From an uncultured bacterium (GTDB lineage Bacteria; GCA-001730085), in assembly GCA_964565945.1 (NCBI GenBank), contig CAZMGY010000017.1:1-14756 (forward strand): a DNA stretch of 14,756 nucleotides, written 5' to 3'. This document shows, piece after piece, positions 11,188-14,756 of this stretch. The notes under the pieces are model-generated. The model did no database searches. It was not told where the DNA came from and was given only the letters and a program-made list of their open reading frames with translations. The translations under genes and the position numbers were made by a program. How positions within the stretch are numbered: the stretch's first letter is position 1; the number at the start of each line of letters is the position of its first letter.

Positions 11188-11625
11188 TTATTTAATCTCA
11201 ATAGTTGCCCCTGCAGCTTCTAAAGCTTCTTTAATCTTATCAGCTTCTTCTTTAGAAACCCCTTCTTTCAAAGGGTTAGGACATCCATCTACAAGTTCTT
11301 TAGCTTCTTTCAAACCAAAACCAGTTACTCCACGAACTTCTTTGATCACACCAATTTTTCTATCGCCAAAAGATGTGAGAATAACATCAAAATCAGTCTT
11401 TTCTTCTCCGCCTGCATCTTCGCCAGCATCAGCAGCGAGAGCAGGAGCAGCGATAGGAACAGCAGCGCTAACGCCAAACTTATCTTCTAAAGCCTTGACT
11501 AAGTTAGACAACTCAAGAACAGTCATCTCTTCAATTTTTTTAATGATCTCTTCCATTTTTGGACTCACCTTTACCTTGTTATCACTTGTCGTTTCTTCTA
11601 CTATTTCATTTGTTTCTTCGGACAT
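11188..11625 (-). CDS. rplL: 50S ribosomal protein L7/L12 (145 aa from the upstream start; 122 aa if the internal ATG at 11556 is used)
   Basis: The core reads [32 protein letters not shown], then an Ala/Glu-rich hinge, then the C-terminal domain [23 protein letters not shown]...[11 protein letters not shown]. The upstream ATG (11625) has AGGAGG 5 nt upstream. The internal ATG (11556) has AGGTGA 8 nt upstream. Confidence 0.93.
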   Translation of the reverse strand: MSEETNEIVEETTSDNKVKVSPKMEEIIKKIEEMTVLELSNLVKALEDKFGVSAAVPIAAPALAADAGEDAGGEEKTDFDVILTSFGDRKIGVIKEVRGVTGFGLKEAKELVDGCPNPLKEGVSKEEADKIKEALEAAGATIEIK

Positions 11626-11642
11626 GTCTTCCTCCTACGTGC

Positions 11643-12170
11643 CTATTCAGCTTCGTTTTCTTTTTTTTCTTTAATTGCATTGATCACTCCAACGGTATTT
11701 CGCATAACGCCAGAAAGAACGTTCACAAAACTAACCACAGGAGTATTCAAACATATTAAAACTTTCACCAACAAAACTTCCCGCGGAGGAATGTCAGCCA
11801 ACTGTTTCACCTCTGCAATATCGAGAACTTGTCCATCCAAATAGCCTTGCTTAATTTTGAATGTTTCAAGATCCTTCTCAAATTTTTTGACAATCTTAGC
11901 AAGAGAAATAGGGTCATCCTTAAGAACAACCACAGCTGTTAAACCCGTGCAAAATTCGTCCAAGCCCTGAATACCTTTGTTTTCCAAAGCAATCTTCAAT
12001 AAACGGTTTTTAACAACCAAAAGCTGAACACCAGCACCATACAATTCCAAACGAAGACGGTCGGCATCGGCAACAGTCATTCCTGCACTTTCGGCCAAAA
12101 TAATACCCCTCACATCACCAAGGCTTTGCTCGTATTGTTTAACGATAATCTCGTTCACTAATCCTGGCAT
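11643..12170 (-). CDS. rplJ: 50S ribosomal protein L10 (175 aa)
   Basis: It lies between rplA and rplL. It has L10-like length and sequence (an N-terminal region followed by a C-terminal helical tail, which in L10 binds L12). An AAGGAGAA Shine-Dalgarno site lies in the 30-nt rplA-rplJ spacer. Confidence 0.93.
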   Translation of the reverse strand: MPGLVNEIIVKQYEQSLGDVRGIILAESAGMTVADADRLRLELYGAGVQLLVVKNRLLKIALENKGIQGLDEFCTGLTAVVVLKDDPISLAKIVKKFEKDLETFKIKQGYLDGQVLDIAEVKQLADIPPREVLLVKVLICLNTPVVSFVNVLSGVMRNTVGVINAIKEKKENEAE

Positions 12171-12200
12171 GATCCACTTCTCCTTAAACCTTCTAAAAGC

Positions 12201-12881
12201 CTAAATGGTTAACTTAATTCCACGCCCCATCGTTGAAGCAATACTCATCTTACGCATGTACTGCCCTTTGGCAGCTACGGGCTTAGCTTTAACAATAGCT
12301 TCAATCACAACCTCTGCATTTTCTACAATTTGCTGTTCACTAAAAGAAACCTTTCCAATAGGCACATGAATGTCATTGGCTTTATCTGCCCGAAAATCAA
12401 GTTTTCCAGCTTTAAGTTCTTCAATCACCTGAGCAACATTGTCTGTCACAGTACCTGTCTTAGGATTAGGCATCAAGCCTTTCGTTCCCAAGGCACGCCC
12501 TAATTTTGCAATATCTTTCATCATGTCGGGCGTAGCAACTACCGCATCAAAGTCAAACCAACCGCCTTGAATTTTGATCACCAAATCTTCGTCACCAACA
12601 TAATCGGCACCAGCACCTTTAGCCACCTGCGCCTGATCGCCCTTTGCAAAAACCAATACACGTTTGGTTTTTCCCGAACCATGAGGCAAAATAACCGAAC
12701 CTCTAACAACCTGGTCAGCATGACGAGAATCAGCCCCTAGCTTAAAAGACAACTCTACTGTTTCATCAAACTTGGCGGGAGGGAGTTTTTTAATAAGCTC
12801 CACCGCTTCAGTCAAAGTATAAAATTTTTCGACATCGTACAAATTACTAGCTTCTTGCAAACGTTTACTTATCTTACTCAC
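12201..12881 (-). CDS. rplA: 50S ribosomal protein L1 (226 aa), GTG start
   Basis: L1-like sequence: [38 protein letters not shown] and LGPRGLMP-like [15 protein letters not shown]. The GTG start at 12881..12879 shares 1 nt with the rplK TAG stop (TAGTG). Confidence 0.96.
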   Translation of the reverse strand: MSKISKRLQEASNLYDVEKFYTLTEAVELIKKLPPAKFDETVELSFKLGADSRHADQVVRGSVILPHGSGKTKRVLVFAKGDQAQVAKGAGADYVGDEDLVIKIQGGWFDFDAVVATPDMMKDIAKLGRALGTKGLMPNPKTGTVTDNVAQVIEELKAGKLDFRADKANDIHVPIGKVSFSEQQIVENAEVVIEAIVKAKPVAAKGQYMRKMSIASTMGRGIKLTI

Positions 12882-13306
12882 TAGGCCACCTCGACTCCCA
12901 TGCTTCGCGCTGTTCCCATAATAATTTTCATGGCTTGTTCTATGGAGTGTGCATTCAAGTCTTTCATCTTCGTCTCGGCGATCTCTTTGATTTGAGCTTC
13001 CGTTACGGTCCCGATCTTATCGCGATTAGGAACACCCGATGCTTTTGCCACACCCACTGCTTTTTTCAACAAAACGGCTGCAGGAGGAGATTTAACAATA
13101 AAATCAAAGCTCCGATCAGCGTAAACCGTGATCACAACAGGAACAACTAATCCCATATTTTCTTTAGTTGCATCGTTGAAGGTTTTGCAAAACTCCATAA
13201 TGTTCACACCCTGCTGTCCCAAAGCTGGACCAACGGGAGGTGCCGGATTTGCTTGCCCCGAAGGAACTTGCAACTTAATGTACCCTTTAATCGGCTTTCC
13301 TGCCAT
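12881..13306 (-). CDS. rplK: 50S ribosomal protein L11 (141 aa)
   Basis: [34 protein letters not shown] and [26 protein letters not shown] are near-identical to canonical L11 motifs. Confidence 0.98.
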   Translation of the reverse strand: MAGKPIKGYIKLQVPSGQANPAPPVGPALGQQGVNIMEFCKTFNDATKENMGLVVPVVITVYADRSFDFIVKSPPAAVLLKKAVGVAKASGVPNRDKIGTVTEAQIKEIAETKMKDLNAHSIEQAMKIIMGTARSMGVEVA

Positions 13307-13315
13307 GGCTCTCTC

Positions 13316-13846
13316 CTATATCTTTTCGACTTGCCAATACTCTAGCTCAACAGGTGTCGATCGCCCAAATATAGACACCTTAACTTTGAGCTTGCCCTTA
13401 TCGGGCTGAACTTCTTCAATGAGACCTGTAAAACTCAAGAAAGGCCCTTCAACGATTTTAATATTTTCACCCTTCTCAAAAGACACTTTAGGCTGCAACT
13501 TATTTTTTTTCTCTTCCGTCTGTTGCATAATCCGAGCAACTTCTTCTTCACTGATCTTCATTGGCTTTTTGGAAGCACTGACAAATCCAGTAACTCCTGG
13601 AGTCTGCCGCACCAAATACCAATTTTCGTCACTCATTTCCATGCAAACCAAGACATAGCCAGGAAAAAACTTGCGCGTCATCACACGCTTTTTGCCATCT
13701 TTAACCTCGGATACATTTTCCGTAGGAACAAAGACTTCCTTGATCACTTCTTCTTTGCCTGCCAAACGAGCTCTTTCGCGTAAATGCTTCTCAACTCTTT
13801 GCTCAAATCCCGTTTGCGTATGAACAACATACCAATGCTTACTCAT
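13316..13846 (-). CDS. nusG: Transcription termination/antitermination factor NusG (176 aa from the ATG)
   Basis: The NGN domain start (WYVVHTQTGFEQRV, FPGYVLV) and the C-terminal KOW region (IVEGPFLSFTGLIEEV) are present. I prefer the ATG at 13846 over the track's GTG at 13849. The AGGAGG Shine-Dalgarno site is 4 nt from the ATG but only 1 nt from the GTG. Confidence 0.96.
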   Translation of the reverse strand: MSKHWYVVHTQTGFEQRVEKHLRERARLAGKEEVIKEVFVPTENVSEVKDGKKRVMTRKFFPGYVLVCMEMSDENWYLVRQTPGVTGFVSASKKPMKISEEEVARIMQQTEEKKNKLQPKVSFEKGENIKIVEGPFLSFTGLIEEVQPDKGKLKVKVSIFGRSTPVELEYWQVEKI

Positions 13847-13858
13847 CACGCCTCCTGA

Positions 13859-14038
13859 CTAACTAATTAGCAATGTGACCACTCGAGACACAATAAAATC
13901 AACTGTCCCAATAAACAGCCCCAAGAGAATCATACTCACAACAACAGCCCCGGCAGAATTTTTTACTTCTTGCTTTGTCGGCCAAGTTGCTTTTTTCAAC
14001 TCAGCTTGAATGCCACCTAAAAAGCCTTTTAGCTTCAT
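13859..14038 (-). CDS. secE: Preprotein translocase subunit SecE (59 aa, single transmembrane helix)
   Basis: The sequence reads MKLKGFLGGIQAELKKATWPTKQEV... followed by one hydrophobic helix (VVVSMILLGLFIGTVDFIV). It sits in the conserved position just upstream of nusG. GGAGGGG lies 4 nt upstream of the ATG at 14038. The track's longer form starts at a TTG inside that Shine-Dalgarno site. Confidence 0.88.
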   Translation of the reverse strand: MKLKGFLGGIQAELKKATWPTKQEVKNSAGAVVVSMILLGLFIGTVDFIVSRVVTLLIS

Positions 14039-14074
14039 ATAACCCCTCCACAAACTAACCTTTCACTGTTTTTT

Positions 14075-14148
14075 CAGGCCTGAAGGGATTCGAACCCCTA
14101 ACACGCGGATTTGGAGTCCGCTGCTCTACCAATTGGAGCTACAGGCCT
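14075..14148 (-). tRNA. trnW: tRNA-Trp (anticodon CCA), 74 nt, 3' CCA not encoded
   Basis: I folded the cloverleaf by hand. Acceptor AGGCCTG/CAGGCCT, D arm GCTC-CAATTGGTA-GAGC, anticodon arm GCGGA-CTCCAAA-TCCGC, variable loop GTGTT, T arm AGGGG-TTCGAAT-CCCTT, discriminator G. It is followed by AAAA, not CCA. Confidence 0.93.
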
Positions 14149-14175
14149 AATTCCCAACAGCAACATAAAAAAAAA

Positions 14176-14328
14176 TTAAGGCTTTGTTTCTTTGTGTAAA
14201 ACGTGCTTATTGCAAAAGCGACAGTATTTTTGAATACTAAACTTTCCTACAATCGTTTTTTTATTTTTCGTTGTGCTATAATTGCGACGCTTACATTCAT
14301 CACAAGCTAACAAAATAATATCTCGCAT
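14176..14328 (-). CDS. rpmG: 50S ribosomal protein L33 (50 aa), zinc-ribbon (Cys-containing) form
   Basis: The sequence is [50 protein letters not shown], with CxxC...CxxC and L33-typical length. The ATG at 14328 lies 1 nt after the tuf stop (TAACATG). The track's 61-aa form would overlap tuf. Confidence 0.9.
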   Translation of the reverse strand: MRDIILLACDECKRRNYSTTKNKKTIVGKFSIQKYCRFCNKHVLHKETKP

Positions 14329-14329
14329 G

Positions 14330-14756
14330 TTATTCAATAATCTCCGCAATAACTCCAGCACCTACGGTCCGGCCACCTTCACGAATCGCAAAGCGTAGCT
14401 CTTTTTCCATCGCCACTGGGTTAATCAAGTTCACTTCCATGCTTATATTATCGCCAGGCATAATCATTTCTACACCCTCTGGCAAAATAACCTCGCCCGT
14501 AATGTCTGTTGTACGGAAATAAAACTGCGGACGATATCCTTTAAAAAATGGTGTATGACGCCCACCTTCTTCTTTTGTTAAAATATACACTTCCGCTTTA
14601 AACTTTGTATGTGGTGTGATCGATCCAGGCTTTGCAATCACCTGACCGCGCTCAATATCATCTTTTTCAATACCACGAAGCAACAACCCAACGTTGTCTC
14701 CAGCTTCACCTTGATCCATTTCTTTACGAAACATTTCCACACCAGTTACAACTGAT
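14330..14756 (-). CDS. tuf: Elongation factor Tu, C-terminal fragment (5' end lies beyond the right window edge)
   Basis: The translation reads ...[69 protein letters not shown]...[21 protein letters not shown]. These are canonical EF-Tu domains II and III. The reading frame stays open to the window edge. Confidence 0.96.
   Translation of the reverse strand, partial: SVVTGVEMFRKEMDQGEAGDNVGLLLRGIEKDDIERGQVIAKPGSITPHTKFKAEVYILTKEEGGRHTPFFKGYRPQFYFRTTDITGEVILPEGVEMIMPGDNISMEVNLINPVAMEKELRFAIREGGRTVGAGVIAEIIE

Noticed and set aside
11655-11672. A8 homopolymer runs inside coding sequence (rplJ C-terminus at about 11660..11668, nusG at about 13503..13510), considered as slippage or phase-variation sites.
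   Set aside because: They simply encode Lys/Glu-rich segments (KEKKENEAE, EEKKNK) in an AT-biased genome. Both genes are intact, essential and in frame. There is no evidence of frameshifting.
667-13783. All plus-strand ORFs in the track (for example 667..1158, 1498..1695, 2131..2367, 3739..4365, 4381..4596, 4760..5008, 5014..5232, 6455..6886, 7028..7311, 7620..7925, 7864..8118, 8064..8582, 8524..8841, 8964..9176, 9759..10052, 11342..11759, 12935..13409, 13419..13783).
   Set aside because: Each one lies entirely antisense to a strongly conserved, confidently identified gene (fusA, rpoC, rpoB, rplL, rplJ, rplK, nusG). Their translations are low-complexity (rich in F, N, I, R, S), have no recognisable motifs and lack Shine-Dalgarno sites. 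They are typical shadow ORFs opposite codon-biased genes.
14149-14240. Candidate promoter hexamers upstream of tRNA-Trp (TTTACA, 16 nt, TAATTT) and within the nusG 3' end upstream of rplK (TTGAGC or TTGGCA variants).
   Set aside because: The -10 matches are poor (about 3 of 6) or the spacers are wrong (11 nt). They are indistinguishable from chance in AT-rich sequence.
13847-14361. Longer N-termini given by the ORF track: nusG from the GTG at 13849, secE from the TTG at 14053, and rpmG from 14361 (61 aa).
   Set aside because: For nusG, the Shine-Dalgarno spacing favours the ATG at 13846. For secE, the TTG lies inside the GGAGGGG Shine-Dalgarno site that serves the ATG at 14038. The long rpmG form would overlap the 3' end of tuf by 32 nt and add 11 residues absent from typical 50-aa L33 proteins.

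Overview
The whole window is a single minus-strand housekeeping cluster for transcription and translation, with no gaps. In transcription order (right to left) it reads: tuf (C-terminal part, runs off the right edge), rpmG, tRNA-Trp(CCA), secE, nusG, rplK, rplA, rplJ, rplL, rpoB, rpoC, rpsL, rpsG, fusA, then a second tuf (N-terminal part, runs off the left edge). All genes look intact and have Shine-Dalgarno sites. Spacing is very tight: most junctions are 1-32 nt or overlap, and only the fusA-tuf (167 nt) and rplL-rpoB (100 nt) spacers are sizeable. Every plus-strand ORF in the track lies antisense to one of these conserved genes, and I treat them all as shadow ORFs. I see no mobile element, CRISPR array, defence or toxin gene, repeat family or orphan gene, and no evidence for a new biological system here. 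This is core, ordinary sequence. The points worth a second look are modest. (1) S12 differs at several normally invariant decoding-loop residues, including Leu at the classical streptomycin-resistance Lys88 position. (2) The fusA-tuf spacer holds a near-perfect sigma70 promoter with an extended -10 box. (3) L7/L12 has an acidic 23-residue N-terminal extension with two plausible start sites. (4) The rplL-rpoB spacer contains a compound hairpin whose G:U pairs form only in the mRNA sense. (5) Two tuf copies in direct orientation bracket the cluster. (6) There is almost no room for the mRNA leaders that carry r-protein autoregulation in E. coli. The sequence looks AT-biased by eye (not computed). 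RNA polymerase carries Gram-negative-type insertions in beta and in the beta-prime trigger loop. I cannot name the organism.
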